A stretch of 64,000 nucleotides of DNA from Eledone cirrhosa (taxonomy: Eukaryota). Positions 1 to 13,019 of this stretch are shown piece by piece. The translations under genes were made by a program, and so were the position numbers. The stretch covers positions 259,098,001 through 259,162,000 of the forward strand of contig OZ024743.1 in NCBI GenBank assembly GCA_964016885.1, read 5' to 3'. The notes beneath the pieces were generated by a model. The model was given only the letters and a program-made list of their open reading frames with translations. It was not told the origin of the DNA and did no database searches. Numbering within the stretch: position 1 is the stretch's first letter; each line of letters begins with the position of its first letter.

Positions 1-1593
1 TAGTGGTGTCGAACGCCAAACACATCGAGGCGATAGGCACTACACTAAGAGAATACGAAGCGGTGACAGGAGCAATGATCAACCAGGAAAAGTCAGTGGG
101 CCTGCAGCTCGGCACCTGGAGAGGCAGGTCCATGCCGTCCAACAGCGTCGTCGGGCGCTGGACGGACGGACCGGTTAAATTGCTAGGGGTCTGGTTCGGT
201 CCAGACCTCCAGACGGACAAAAACTGGGACGAGGTGACGAGCAGGGTGGCTTCTCTCACCCAGAAATGGGCCGAGAGGAAGCTATCCCTGAAAGGTCGAG
301 CGGAGGTGGCGAATGCGTACATCGCATCCGTCATCTACTACCGCCTGACCGTCGTACCTTGTCCTAAGCCCCGCCTGACTGCGCTGGAGCGTTTGCTCTT
401 TCGCTTCTTGTGGAAGGGACGCGCTCCGATGGTCAGGCGGTCCATCTGCTGTCAACACCCGCTACGTGGAGGGCTGGGCATGCCGTGGCTGATGATGCGC
501 AGACACGCGCTCAGGCTACGACATCTCCACCTCTTCCTCGACGGTGATCAGGTGTGGTCGCCGTTTGCAAGACACGTTTTTCCCCAGCTCGTCTCCTTGA
601 CGGAGCTGCAGTCCTGGGTCAAGCGAAGACCCAGAGGGAGCGCTTGGAGACTGGAATGTCTTCAGGCGCTCACAGCCCTCGGCCAATCGGGCAATGTGAT
701 CGGTGGAAACTCCACCTTGGCGTTCTATAGGGGATTAGTGGAGGGGAAGAGCGACGACGTACTTGGAGAAACTCTAGGCGTCGACGAAAATCAACTAGCC
801 AATCTCTTCGGAAGGACTTTCGGGCCGGGGCCTATGGACAACTTCCAGAAATCCCTGGCCTGGCAGTGCTACCGAGGAGCTTTGCCAGTTCGGGATAAAC
901 TCTACAGGCATGGAGGTGCCGTCAGCCGGGCATGTCCGAGATGCGCGCAGGGCGACGAAACCGTCATGCACGCACTCGTCCAGTGTCCGAGCATTGCTGA
1001 CTTGTGGGTTTATGTCGAACACCTGCTGTCACGTGTAGGACGGATCCAGCTATCAGCTGAGTCCATCGTGAGGATTGCCCCGCCCCCTTCCTTTAGCCTG
1101 GAAGGGCAGGCAGTTTTTATCTGTCTGGTGGCCATGGCGAAAGAGATAGTATGGTGGACACGTTTGAAAGGGCTGAAAACGAGCACTTACCTCTTCGGTG
1201 ATGCCCTGATTAACTTTTTCAAATTTCATTTGAAAAGGAAAATCAGGGTAGAGAGGGAAGTGCTCTCTTCCCAGCATTTTGTTGAAAGATGGGTGAGAGA
1301 AGCAAGTATGGCCCGAATGAATGGGCCTTCTCTGAGTATGTGTCTGTAAATTAAAGGTGGAAAACTGGGAGAGGGCACTTGCCCTGGTGGTCAGGGCCAC
1401 TGTGGTCTTTTAATGGGCTTTCTCCACAAATGTCCCTTGGAAGTCTCCCCCCTATTGGGGAATTTTTCTTTGTTATTTTATTTCAACCTCTGTTTTTTTT
1501 TACACGCAGAAATGCCCATTTGTACCGTCCTGTATTGTCCTGTACTGTCCTTAATGTCTACTTTACGTGAACCCTTGTGGTTAATAAAGAAAA

Positions 1594-1594
<1 letters not shown>
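1..1594 (+). mobile_element. L1/Tx1-clade non-LTR retrotransposon, 3' part (continues upstream of the window)
   Basis: Near-identical to the 3' end of the copy at 29992-35980. Ends AATAAA-GAAAAC followed by (ATT)n. Confidence 0.93.
3..1349 (+). CDS. Tx1 ORF2 C-terminal part (RT thumb and CCHC zinc finger), open across the visible part
   Basis: Motifs INQEKS, KLLGVWFG, LSLKGRAEVAN, GGLGMP and CPRC...HALVQC are typical of L1/Tx1 ORF2. Confidence 0.85.
   Translation: MVSNAKHIEAIGTTLREYEAVTGAMINQEKSVGLQLGTWRGRSMPSNSVVGRWTDGPVKLLGVWFGPDLQTDKNWDEVTSRVASLTQKWAERKLSLKGRAEVANAYIASVIYYRLTVVPCPKPRLTALERLLFRFLWKGRAPMVRRSICCQHPLRGGLGMPWLMMRRHALRLRHLHLFLDGDQVWSPFARHVFPQLVSLTELQSWVKRRPRGSAWRLECLQALTALGQSGNVIGGNSTLAFYRGLVEGKSDDVLGETLGVDENQLANLFGRTFGPGPMDNFQKSLAWQCYRGALPVRDKLYRHGGAVSRACPRCAQGDETVMHALVQCPSIADLWVYVEHLLSRVGRIQLSAESIVRIAPPPSFSLEGQAVFICLVAMAKEIVWWTRLKGLKTSTYLFGDALINFFKFHLKRKIRVEREVLSSQHFVERWVREASMARMNGPSLSMCL

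Positions 1595-1664
<70 letters not shown>
1595..1664. repeat. (ATT)n microsatellite at the Tx1 3' end
   Basis: Seen directly. Confidence 0.97.
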
Positions 1665-1669
<5 letters not shown>

Positions 1670-2594
1670 GTGTGTGTATATATACGCATTAATATAATGG
1701 TTGCATCTCTGTTTCGATAATAAACCCAAACACATACTTAGAATATACACAACAAATACGAAGACAAAAAATTTCATCATTAACACACAACAACAGGCTG
1801 GCAAATCGTGGAGTGTACTGCAAATAACCAACGTAATATAAGGAGTCAAATGTAAACTAAGAAATTTGCAAACTTCATGTCCCAAATTGCTTCATTAGCA
1901 GACCTGTTGACTTTCATCCACTTTGGGAGCGGGTGACACATGTCTTCTCTTGTGAAAATGGGTATAGCTTTCATTTTGCCCCATTTCTCCCCGTTTTGGG
2001 ACACTTCTTTTCATGGTACTCCCCGATTGGGTCTTTAGAGGTTGGCACATCTGCATTATCCACACGAGCAGTATACCTTGCCGTCGGTTAACCATATACT
2101 TTCAAGTGAGCCATTACAACACATCTCCACATTGTACATGTAAAAAACAACAAACGAACAAAAAATAGATAATATAGGACTACATTAGGCTATAGCCCTA
2201 CAATTCTATACTGAATTCCCTAAAAAACAAAAAAAAACAAAACAAAAAAACAATGAAGGTTCTACTAATATCAGAATATAAACAAAAATTATTCATCACC
2301 AGTCTCTTGATTTCTGTAGTCGTCGGGGGAATCCTGTTGCAGAAGCAGCACACACTAAAAATAGTCTATCAACGGTGGCCGTCAACAAATCTGGTGTCGT
2401 TATTTGCGTCCATTCTTTGACATTGTCCAACCAGATTTTGCGTTGACATCCCCCCTGCGTCCACCTTCAACAGATACAGAATACGCGAAATTAATTGTAA
2501 TAACTACCATGCTTCAACCATTGGTAAATTTAAAATCAGGCGTTCACGATCACCACTTCCAGGACACTTTACGACAACTGATGATGGTGTCCCG

Positions 2595-3281
2595 AAAGCT
2601 TCGAACCAATACACACGTGGATTTAGGAACGTTACTGTTCGAAATTAAACATAAAGAACTAATATGGAAATATAAAACTCCTTAATATATATATAGTCCT
2701 TCCATGTAGTGTGCCGTTTGTTTTGTTATTTCTGTTTACCTTTTACAAACATGGTGAAATATATTTCTTTAATGAAATATATACAAGAAAGATTAATCAT
2801 TTTAAAAGGTATCTATAATTGAAGTTCTAGTTAAACTTTAATTAGTTACCTACATAGCTATGTGTGCTTACACACTTTTACAAATTATTCCCTGTGATTG
2901 TTTCATATGTTTATTTTAGATATATATATATGTCAATCAATTTCTAGTTGATATAAAATGCTCGGATATATTCATTGGAATCTTTGAGCATATACTACAG
3001 TGGATATGACGCATGTCTCTCGGACATGACACCCTTAATTTAATTTTGGATATATATGTATATTTATTTATTTATTTTCGCGCGCGCGCGTGTGTGCGTG
3101 CGTGCGCGTGCGTGCGCGTGCGTGCGCGTGCGTGTGGGTACATGTGTGTGTGTTACACTGAAAACACAACTATTTTCCAGTTTGATCATTTTTATTAAGG
3201 AGTTTTATATTTCCATATTAGTTCTTTATGTTTAATTTTGAGCAGTAGCGTTCCTAAATCCAGGTGTGTATTGGTTCGAAG

Positions 3282-3284
<3 letters not shown>
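2595..3284. repeat. ~90-bp inverted repeat pair (2595-2687 / 3194-3284), pLTR-like or foldback
   Basis: aagcttcgaaccaatacacac...aactccttaat and its reverse complement. Confidence 0.75.
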
Positions 3285-3371
<87 letters not shown>

Positions 3372-3375
<4 letters not shown>

Positions 3376-4119
3376 GAATAAACAAGAGAGATGAACACTA
3401 ATATAAACATACATGTGTTCGAATCGTAAGGACTAGGTTTGCTAGGGTGAAAAAATACTAACTACTGCAATATGGTTTGTCAGACTTAATTTTAAGTAGT
3501 AAATTAAGAAAAATAACAGACCTATATGAATTAGCGTATGAATTAGCGCACGTGTCTTCGTTTATTCAATTATATTACACGGCTCGGAAAAGCTTTTTTC
3601 TTAGAGCTATTTAATTGTAAGAGACTACTCTGAGTTTCTAACTCACTATACATTTATCGGCTCCATCATGTAGAGCTAATTTGAATGTCTTGTTAACCAG
3701 GCTGCTATTTTTAGCGGCATGGGATTTCGAGACAAGCTGGGTTCCGAAGACACGTGCGCTATTTCATACCGCACACAATTTAGTCTTCTAATATGTTTAG
3801 AAGTGGAAGGATCGCTAATTTCTTCGCTTAATAAGATGTTGCGAAACAGTTTTCAAAACTGTCTAGTTGTTACCAGGCAATTGTCCGATATAAGTCTGTT
3901 ATTTTTCTTAATTTAATACTTAAAATTAAGTCTGACAAACCATATTGCAGTAGTTAGTATTTTTTCACCCTAGCAAACCTAGTCCTTACGATTCGAACAC
4001 ATATATGTTTATATTAGTGTTCATCTCTCTTGTTTATTCAATTATATTACATGGCTCGGAAAAGCTTTTTTCTTAGAGCTATTTAATTGTAAAGACTACT
4101 CTGAGTTTCTAACTCACTA
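3372..4119. mobile_element. Non-coding repeat with a ~150-bp inverted segment and ~85-bp direct terminal repeat (Penelope pLTR-like architecture)
   Basis: 3372-3521 is inverted at 3894-4043, and 3560-3650 repeats at 4032-4119. A related copy lies at 16751-17365. Flanked by (TA)n. Confidence 0.6.
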
Positions 4120-4170
4120 TATATATATATATATATATATATTCCTTCCATATATACATATATATATATA

Positions 4171-4274
<104 letters not shown>

Positions 4275-4780
4275 TTTTGAGTATATGTTGGTTAACAATA
4301 GCAAACACAAACACTACAGGGAGCCTCACCCCAGAAAGAATTCTATAGACTTCTGACTGAGGAATGCTCTCAAAACCGACCAATGGGAAGTTTGACACTT
4401 TTTTTTGTTATTTTGTTCCTTTGCCACCTTGTTCCTTCTACCACTTTATCAATTTTTTAAGCTAACTCCAACAATAACAACACTTAGAATGAGGAATGTT
4501 CTAACAACTGACCAATGAGAGGAGAAGAGGTCCTTTGACACTGAAATTCGTTTGTTTGAATTCATATGATTCCAGTTCCTCAGAGAAATAACAACCTAAC
4601 CAAGAACTGGACATATCAGAGTATTGAAAAATTTATACACCTCAACAACGTATATACTTGTCTATACCACACTAATTCGGACTGCCTGAGGAGGTCACAG
4701 CCAAAGATGGCTGTCACTGAAATATATATAGCAGTAATAAACGAAGCTAAATTTTAATCATTTGACTTTTTATTTAACTT

Positions 4781-4828
<48 letters not shown>

Positions 4829-4891
4829 ACGGTCGGAGATACATCGCTTCTTCCGATGACTTCGTTTCAAAATTATTATTATTATTATTAT

Positions 4892-4943
<52 letters not shown>

Positions 4944-5244
4944 TATATTTAAAAAAAAAACCCACTCGACAAAATACCCCCTCCACCTCCTTCCCACCAT
5001 ACCCCTACCCCCTCTCGACCCGAATCACGGCACTATGGTTATGTAAGTACTTCTTACCTTTCTGCTTTTTCCACATGTAGAGCGTACTTCATTTTAATAC
5101 ATGTATGTGTGTGTATATGTGTATATATATGAGTGTATGTATGTACGTATTTTATGAGTGGCTGTACGTATATATTTGTATGGTTGTATGTATGTGTATA
5201 TGTATGTATATATGTATATATATATATATATATATATTTTTTTA

Positions 5245-5452
5245 GCGATCGACTTTCGTCAAATCGGACCGAGGAAACAATGTTTCCGTTGGTCTTTCCA
5301 GTTGCTAATACTATCTATCGGTCGCAACTCCAGGTAGAAGGAGCAACGTGAAATAAAGTGCCTTGCTCAAGGACATAACGCATCGGTCCAGGAATCGAAC
5401 TCACAACCTCAAGATTGTGAATCCAATTCTCTAACCACTCAGCCACATGCCT

Positions 5453-5455
<3 letters not shown>
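5245..5455 (-). mobile_element. tRNA-derived CORE-type SINE
   Basis: Minus strand: tggctgagtggttag (A box), gagttcgattcc (B box), then tgtccttgagcaaggcacttt (CORE-like). Confidence 0.75.
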
Positions 5456-5529
<74 letters not shown>

Positions 5530-5580
5530 ATATGTATGTATATGTGTGCGTATGTATGTGTGTATATGTATATATATGTA

Positions 5581-5642
<62 letters not shown>

Positions 5643-6426
5643 CACAGTTCAAGAGTAACCAATCTTAAAGAGAGAGATGTAGAGATTGGTGAATTAGTTA
5701 GAAGCCAAAGCGTAAAGGCATGTGCTCAATGTGCAATATGCAGTAGAAAGCAGTTAGGTGGCTGGGTTCATGCAGAAGTTAGGTGCGCAGAGCTGGAAAT
5801 ATTCATTAGTTAAGCAAAACAAGACCACACATTTTACAAGGAAGACATTATTAAAAGATTCTCAACATATTTTAGTTTGATGTAAGGAATGTAGAGAATA
5901 ATAATAATAATATTAATAATAATAATGTCCGTTTACAATGTTTCGCTACTCCATATAATATTTCTGGATCAGATGACTATATATCATTATTGATCTGGTT
6001 CAGTTGAAAATAATTAACATATTTAAAAACAGAGCAGCTCATCGGAACTTCAAAGGAATAGAAATTAAAATAAGGAGAGAATGTTACATAATGTAATGTT
6101 GCATATATTGGTATTTCACTATGGTGTCCTGGTTGTATCAGTCTTCAGCCATAATCAAGCAGTATTCATCTGTCGAGGCTGCATTGTGTGAGATCTGCCT
6201 ATGGGTAACAAGATGGCTGCCAAAGGACATATTTACCTTACTAATTAGAGGGTGGTTTCAGGGGAAGTAACTCCTCGAGAGATTATAAATTGTGGGTAGT
6301 TTATAGTTAAGTGCTAATTTTTAAATTTTTTAATTGAGAGACAATGTAGGGGAGGTAACTTATAATTATCTAAGTTAGTTATAGCTATTTAACTTATTAG
6401 CTACAAGTAAAAATGGGGCTAGATGA

Positions 6427-6750
6427 CTATGTTGCGTCAAATATTCTATTGCCGAAGGAATTAGCCCTTCGATGTTGACAGCTAATAGTTACCTCCGTTA
6501 TATCGTTAATCGGTAGAGGTCGTGATAGAGTTATGTAATATGCTTCGGTAATACAGAGATCACAAGATTTTATTCGTCCATTGAACGGTTGGGCCCTAGC
6601 CACGATATCCCATTTTAGTGAGTGTTCAATGTTGCTTAATTTAAGGTTTTTAATGAGCCTAGCTAGAGATGTCGAACATCTGTTGCTAGGGTCTCGGAAG
6701 GAAAAAGAGTGCGCGTTATAGCGTACCTTAAAAGCGTTAGAGGTAGACCA
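6427..6750 (-). pseudogene. Penelope-like element GIY-YIG C-terminal fragment (lineage with FKxRYxxH...CxLCxxE...CxH)
   Basis: FKVRYNAHSFSF...STSLA...KWDIVARA...CDLCITEA...SCQH. Confidence 0.75.
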
Positions 6751-7812
6751 GGCTAACAAGATACTGAAAACCACCATGTTCTGTTGTCTACGAAAAACAA
6801 TAACATCTCGACAACTACACTTCATAAAAGAATGTGCCTCGTCCCGAGTTTACACCAACACCATCAACACCGATGTAAGAAGATTACAGCTCACCAAAAA
6901 GCAAGCAGATAGGCTAAAACGAATACTAATTCTAAACATAAAAAAGAAGATTTATAGAGAATTAAGTCATCAAGAAAAACATAAGCGTAACCTAATACAA
7001 GAAATAACTAAGATCACCACACCAAGAGAACTAATATTTATAAACCTTATATGTCCCGAAGAACACTACATTGTTCAAGAATGTGACAAGTACTTTAACA
7101 AGAAACTAAAGTGGCTCAAACAGATAAAACTAAATCAAGATACTTTAGAGAATATCAATAGATATCCCGACAAAATTGACGGTATAAATATCATTAACAG
7201 ATGAATTCAACAACAAAAACACAAATATATACGGCAACACTACGGTCGACTCTGATGAATTATCTGTATTACAACTGCTACCTAAGTATACCACATTTAA
7301 TAAGGTAAATAAGATTAAATGCTTGTCAGAAATAGAAATAATCATTTACAAAATTACGTTGGAAGCTCAAAAACAAAAACAAAAGTAACAACATACGCAC
7401 ACACACATATGCAACACACATCCCAACAACGACAGACACACAGACACAAACAACAATAACAACAACACACACATCAACAATAATAACATACTCAGAAACA
7501 ACAACAACAGACACGCAGACACAAACAACAATAACAACACACACAACAATAATAACATACACGGAGACAACAACAACAACAACAACACATCAACAACAGC
7601 ACACATCAACAACAACAACAACAACACACACACACATTCAATGCCTCTCACCAGCACCACAATCTTAACAAACACACAGACACAGAAAACAGGTAATGGC
7701 AGTAGCACAGAAATAAGGGAAAGTAATAGGATTGAAAGGAGAAGGGAGACTATGGACAGAGAAAATAACCAAGACGAACACACAGACACACAAAATAGAG
7801 TAGATAATAACA

Positions 7813-9240
7813 ATGAGCCAGAGGAAAGAGACAGGAGTAATAATGAGAGACATAGAAAAAAACCATGAGGCTGTTGGTGGTAATAGAAATAGAAACAACA
7901 CAACTAACAATAGCAATAGCACTAGTACACATAAAGCAGCAGCCTGGAACTCTACTTTTTATAATCCCTCCGGTAAGTCGTTCGACCTGCGACGAGTCCA
8001 CGCCACGACTTTAGCTTTTAACAAACGCACGCAATTGCTGTCGCAGGTCAATGAACAAACAGAAGCACAATTTAGTATAGTTAGATCTAAACTTAGAAAT
8101 ATTATAGAACAGTATAGCAAGAAACATAATAGAATGGAGGCCCAGCAACTGGGAGAAAAATCTGCAAATGGCTTGCATAAGCTCATGCAGCGCTCGCGTA
8201 ATGGAGAGATAGCATGCTTTCCAACAGACAAGTCTGGCAGAATGTCGGTTGACAGTCTGCCAAACTACATCCAGGCAATGCAACCCCACATCACTAACAC
8301 AAGAGAAATAACACCACAAGAGCACGAGGATAGAGAAAAAGACCTCAATGCCCATATGATGATGTGGACAAATATAATGCAGCCCAACAAAAGGACTGCC
8401 AACAACTTCCAGGCCTGGAACAATGACGTGCCAGCGTTGTATGGGCTTCGAAAAGACCATAAAACGAGCAGTGACCCGGTCACAGGACCACCAACACGGA
8501 CAGTCTGTGGAGCTAACATTGCTAGTAACTACAGACTGTCCTACTTCCTCTCCCTGATCATACGCCCCATCATTGAAATGTCCCCAGATGTATGTGACAG
8601 CACGGAGGACCTCCTCAGCAGAATCGGCGAGAGTAACCGATCTAGGGACCTAACAAACTGCATAATAGGTAGTATGGATGTTGTGTCCCAGTATCCATCT
8701 ATTGACGTGGATTTTGCTGTGGAGAAATGCGTAGAAATGACCAATGAGAGCAATGTTGAATTCCGTGGGATTGATACCAGTGAGCTGGGACTCCTCCTTA
8801 AACTTACCTATAGTAATAATTATCTAGACACATATGACCTTAGCAACCTGTGCCCTACAAGACCAGCAAGAAGCAGACCACCTACCATTACCTCAATGGC
8901 CAAGAAAACCCACACAGATAGATGGAACGGATGGACCAGAGTCATACGTACCCCCGAAAACCACGATGAACTAAAGAAAATGATTGCACATGCGGTGGGG
9001 GCCAGCCTAAAATTAACCCTTAAGGAACATATGTTCAAATTTAATGGAAAAACATATGCCCAAGAGGAGGGAGCAGCCATTGGTGTTAGCATTGCAGGCG
9101 ACATAGCTAACTTATTCATAGTATGGTGGGACAGTAGACTTAAACTTAAACTTAAAGAACAATTAGAAGACCTCTTAACCCTGATAATGTACTCCCGCTA
9201 CGTTGATGATATAAACATCGTAGTTAAAACACCCCACTAG
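7813..9240 (+). pseudogene. Penelope-like reverse transcriptase (core)
   Basis: PTDKSG motif, LYGLRKDHK, GSMDVVSQYPSID, QEEGAAIGVSIAGDIANLF, YSRYVDDI. Broken by a stop/frameshift at ~9240. Confidence 0.9.
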
Positions 9241-9269
9241 AGAACAGTCAGAAATTAGAGAAAAACACA

Positions 9270-10319
9270 ATGGAAAGCATCCAGCAAATAGCTAACTCCA
9301 TCCACCAGAGTATTAGAGTTACTATAGACTACCCAAGCAAACACCCTAACCATCGATTACATGTACTAGACACAGAGCTCTGGTTAGATACCATTAATAA
9401 CAAAAAACAAATCCTCCATTCCCATTATGCCAAACCCATGACTTCCAAATATCTGATCCACCGAAACTCAACTGTTTCGGACCATACCAAAATCAACATA
9501 CTGATTGCGGGTTTGGTACGGGTGATGAGTAACGTGTCCCGCATGTGCAACCCCGAAGAATTTGAGAGACATATACAACACTTCATCCACCGTATGCAGT
9601 TCTCTGGTTACAATCAGAGAGATAAAATCAGAGTGTATAGAGGAGCCAGAACCAAATGGGAAAAAATGGTAAATAATGACACAAATGGGACCTGCCCCTT
9701 GTATAGGAGCAAATTTTGGAATAGAATAGAAAGAACTAGGAATAAGGCTAATAGAATAAACTCATTGTATGATAGCAATAAATACCAGAGTGTAATGTTC
9801 ATCGATACAACCCCTAGAGGTGAATTAGCTTACAAATTTAGAAGGGCCCTAGATAAACATAAACTCAATATTAAGATAGTAGAAAGACCAGGTACCTCCA
9901 TAAAAACACTTATTAGCAAGACATACCCTTTTCAAAGACGTCCCTGTATAGATAAGAAATGTATAATCTGTAAATTAAGCCCCCATATTAACTGTAAAAC
10001 TAGAAATGTAGTATAATATGTACTGAAGGACAATGTAGAGAAAAATATAGTGTACATAGGTGAGACAGCTCGTAGTATAGGGGAACGGATAAATGAACAC
10101 TGGCGAGACCTTCAAGATAGTAAAGAATCATCTGTACTCTACCAACATGCTAAAATAGAACATCAGGGTAAATTAGAGAACTTAGAAATAAAAATAGAAT
10201 CTACACACAGAAAAGACGCAATGTTTAGAAAAATCACAGAGGCAATAAACATAAATGAATTACAACCAAGATTAAATAGAAAACATGAGTGGAACAGCAA
10301 CATCACAACTTACAATTAA
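9270..10319 (+). pseudogene. Penelope RT thumb/linker and GIY-YIG endonuclease (interrupted)
   Basis: LHVLDTEL, HYAKP, CxxxxCxxC linker, YIGETARSIGERINEH, EAINI...PRLNR. Confidence 0.88.
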
Positions 10320-10519
10320 GGACAACATGAAAACACACGCACATAGAACAAACAACCAACCTGTAACATGTAAATAAACAAATAAATAAACGAATATAAA
10401 CACACAGAGACACCCGGATGTAACACATGCGCGAACTAAGCACACAACACACACACAAAAACAAGATGGCGTAGGACAGAACAAAGGAGAGGCACAAAAA
10501 ACAAAGAAAAGAATCCCCA

Positions 10520-10562
10520 GTCACTGAAGAGGTCACAGAATATGTGACGAAAGAACTTTGAC
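10520..10562 (+). ncRNA. Minimal type I hammerhead ribozyme in Penelope pLTR
   Basis: Stem I gtca/tgac, CTGAAGA, stem II gtcaca/tgtgac, GAAA, very short stem III, CUU site. Confidence 0.8.
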
Positions 10563-10692
10563 AATATATAAACAACCATCTGGTTGTGGAACCAACCAAC
10601 CAGCCGGAAATTTATAAATTTATTATAATAAATTGAAGTGAAAGCAACTGGTGCGTGTGTTTCTTATTGGCAACATGACTCTCCCAAAGTAT

Positions 10693-10775
<83 letters not shown>

Positions 10776-10869
10776 CATGTATTTATATGTATGTTTGTTG
10801 TGTGTGCGCCTGTCTGTGTGTGCGTGTGTGTGTACGTGTGTAAGTGGACCAGTGTGTAAATGTGCTTGT

Positions 10870-11400
10870 TGACACCTGGAATATAAATTAAGAAAAACTA
10901 CACAATAAGGGGAAGCACACCAACACTTAGAACCCTTTCTGCCTTTGTCACCCTTATTTCAACCTTAAAGAATTAGCTTCTAAAGAATTTCCCTTTTCTT
11001 TAAGCCAATCAACCCCACCCATACTGTAGACACCTGACTTACAGGCATTGTTAGTTTAAGAGATAAACAAGGATTGGTATTCCAATTTGAACCTGTTTAC
11101 AGTATTCTTTCTGCCTTTGTTGATATAAATTATAGCTTTAAAGAATTAGCTTTTAATGAACTCCCTTTTCTTTAAATCCATCAACCAATGACCTCCACCC
11201 ATCCCAATCCCTACCCTCTCCTACCACCAGAAAAGATATAAACATCACCACATTTACTTGGACAGTCAGCTTCCTGCTGATTTATCACGAATGAAACAGT
11301 TCTAGACCTGTAGAAGCTTTTCTATATTAAAACATTTATACTCTGCTATGTATTGAGTACCTTACTTATTGTGGTTACCCCCGATTAAACCCGGAATAAC
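10870..11400 (+). mobile_element. pLTR of another Penelope-like family, with a degenerate hammerhead at 11268-11318
   Basis: Homologous to the inverted pLTR at 52515-52645, which abuts a PLE RT fragment. Stem I agcttc/gaagct; core mutated to CTGCTGA. Confidence 0.65.
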
Positions 11401-11434
11401 TTATGTATATGTATGTATAATAAATATGTATATA

Positions 11435-11557
<123 letters not shown>

Positions 11558-11618
11558 AACCCACGCTAGCGTGGAAGAACGGACGTAAAACGGTGATGAT
11601 GATGATGATGATGATGAT

Positions 11619-12292
11619 TGTTATACTTTGGGAGGGTCATGTTGCCAATAAGAAACACACGCACCAGTTGCTTTCACTTCAATTTATTATAATAAATTTA
11701 TAATAAATTTATAAATTTATAAATTTCTGGTTGGTTGGTTCCACGACCAGATAGTTGTTTATATATAGTCATAGTTCTTTCGTCACACACTCTGTGACCA
11801 CTTCAGTGACTGGGGATTCCTTTCTTTGTTTCTGTGCCTCTCCTTTGTTCTGTCCTACGCCATTTTGTTTCTGTGTGTGTGTTGTGTGCTCAGTCTGCGC
11901 ATGCGCCACATCCGGGTGTCTGTGTGTGTTTATGTTCATTTATTTATTTGTTTATTTACATGTTACTGTTGGTTGTTTGTTCTATGTGTGTGTGTGTTTT
12001 CATTTTGTCCTTAATTGTAAGTTGTGATGTTGCTGTTCCACTCATATTTTCTATTTAATTTTGGTTGTAATTCTTTTATGTTTATTGCCTCTGTAATTTG
12101 TCTAAACATTGCGTCTTTTCTGTGTGTAGATTCTATTTTTATTTCTATGTTCTCTAATTTACCCTTGTGTTCTATTTTAGCAGAAATTTATAAATTTATA
12201 AATTTATTATAAATTTATTATAATAAATTGAAGTGAAAGCAACTGGGGCGTGTGTTTCTTATTGGCAACATGATCCTCCCAAAGTATAACAA
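11619..12292 (-). mobile_element. 5'-truncated inverted copy of the 6751-10700 Penelope, with a short inverted pLTR piece (12183-12292)
   Basis: 11619-12182 is the reverse complement of ~10148-10700. Hammerhead copy at 11767-11811 (CUA site, core CTGAAGT). Confidence 0.85.
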
Positions 12293-12349
12293 TATCGGTT
12301 TCAACACACGATTTCAGATAAAGAATCTTGCTAAACAAATTCAGAAACG

Positions 12350-12412
<63 letters not shown>

Positions 12413-12419
12413 AGAGAGT

Positions 12420-12965
12420 ATTGAAGTATGCTTGAAGCATTGTAGAATAATAAGATATATTTTCTTTAGGTCGTTTTGAAAACCCCAACAATGCAGATGG
12501 GTAATTCTCCGGGTAACAATATCCGGTGGTGAAGAGAGAGATGTAAGTGAATGTAGAATGAAATGTATAGTGTGTAGAAATATGTAGGAAAGAGCGTAAC
12601 AAATAAAAATAATAACACGAGATATACCTTGGGAGAGATTTAATTGTCCCTATATTTCGGATTGACATCCATCAACTGGGGGGTTTTCCGGGGGGGGGGG
12701 GGGGGTTATCTGTCGGATAGTAGCGATACGTGTCCTCTGTTGTCCGTTGTATTGAATATCTGAGGTATTCAGCACAGCGCGCACGCGCGAAATGAGTTCG
12801 GTCAAGCAGAGGTCGGCGGCCGAAATAGTTCTTTTAATTGTGGGTGTGGGGTGGCGTTAGCTATCAATCCATTGTATTATTTGTCTGTGGTGGTTTCTGT
12901 ATTCGCAGTGTTGAATAGTGTATTCGTGTGGTGGTGGTAGTATTGCCTGCCTGTTTGGTGAATGC

Positions 12966-13019
<54 letters not shown>

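Larger units (their letters stand above)
6751..10700 (+). mobile_element. Near full-length, decayed Penelope-like element (RT, GIY-YIG endonuclease, 3' pLTR with hammerhead)
   Basis: ORF pieces at 6776-7204, 7813-9240, 9270-10016 and 10050-10319, followed by a non-coding pLTR to ~10700. Confidence 0.92.

Noticed and set aside
1876-2140. Coding-looking segment on the minus strand
   Set aside because: Stops or only short ORFs in all frames, and no recognisable domain.
2572-2606. Hammerhead-like CTGATGA...GAAAGCTT
   Set aside because: Stem I cannot be formed and stem II is weak. At best a decayed copy.
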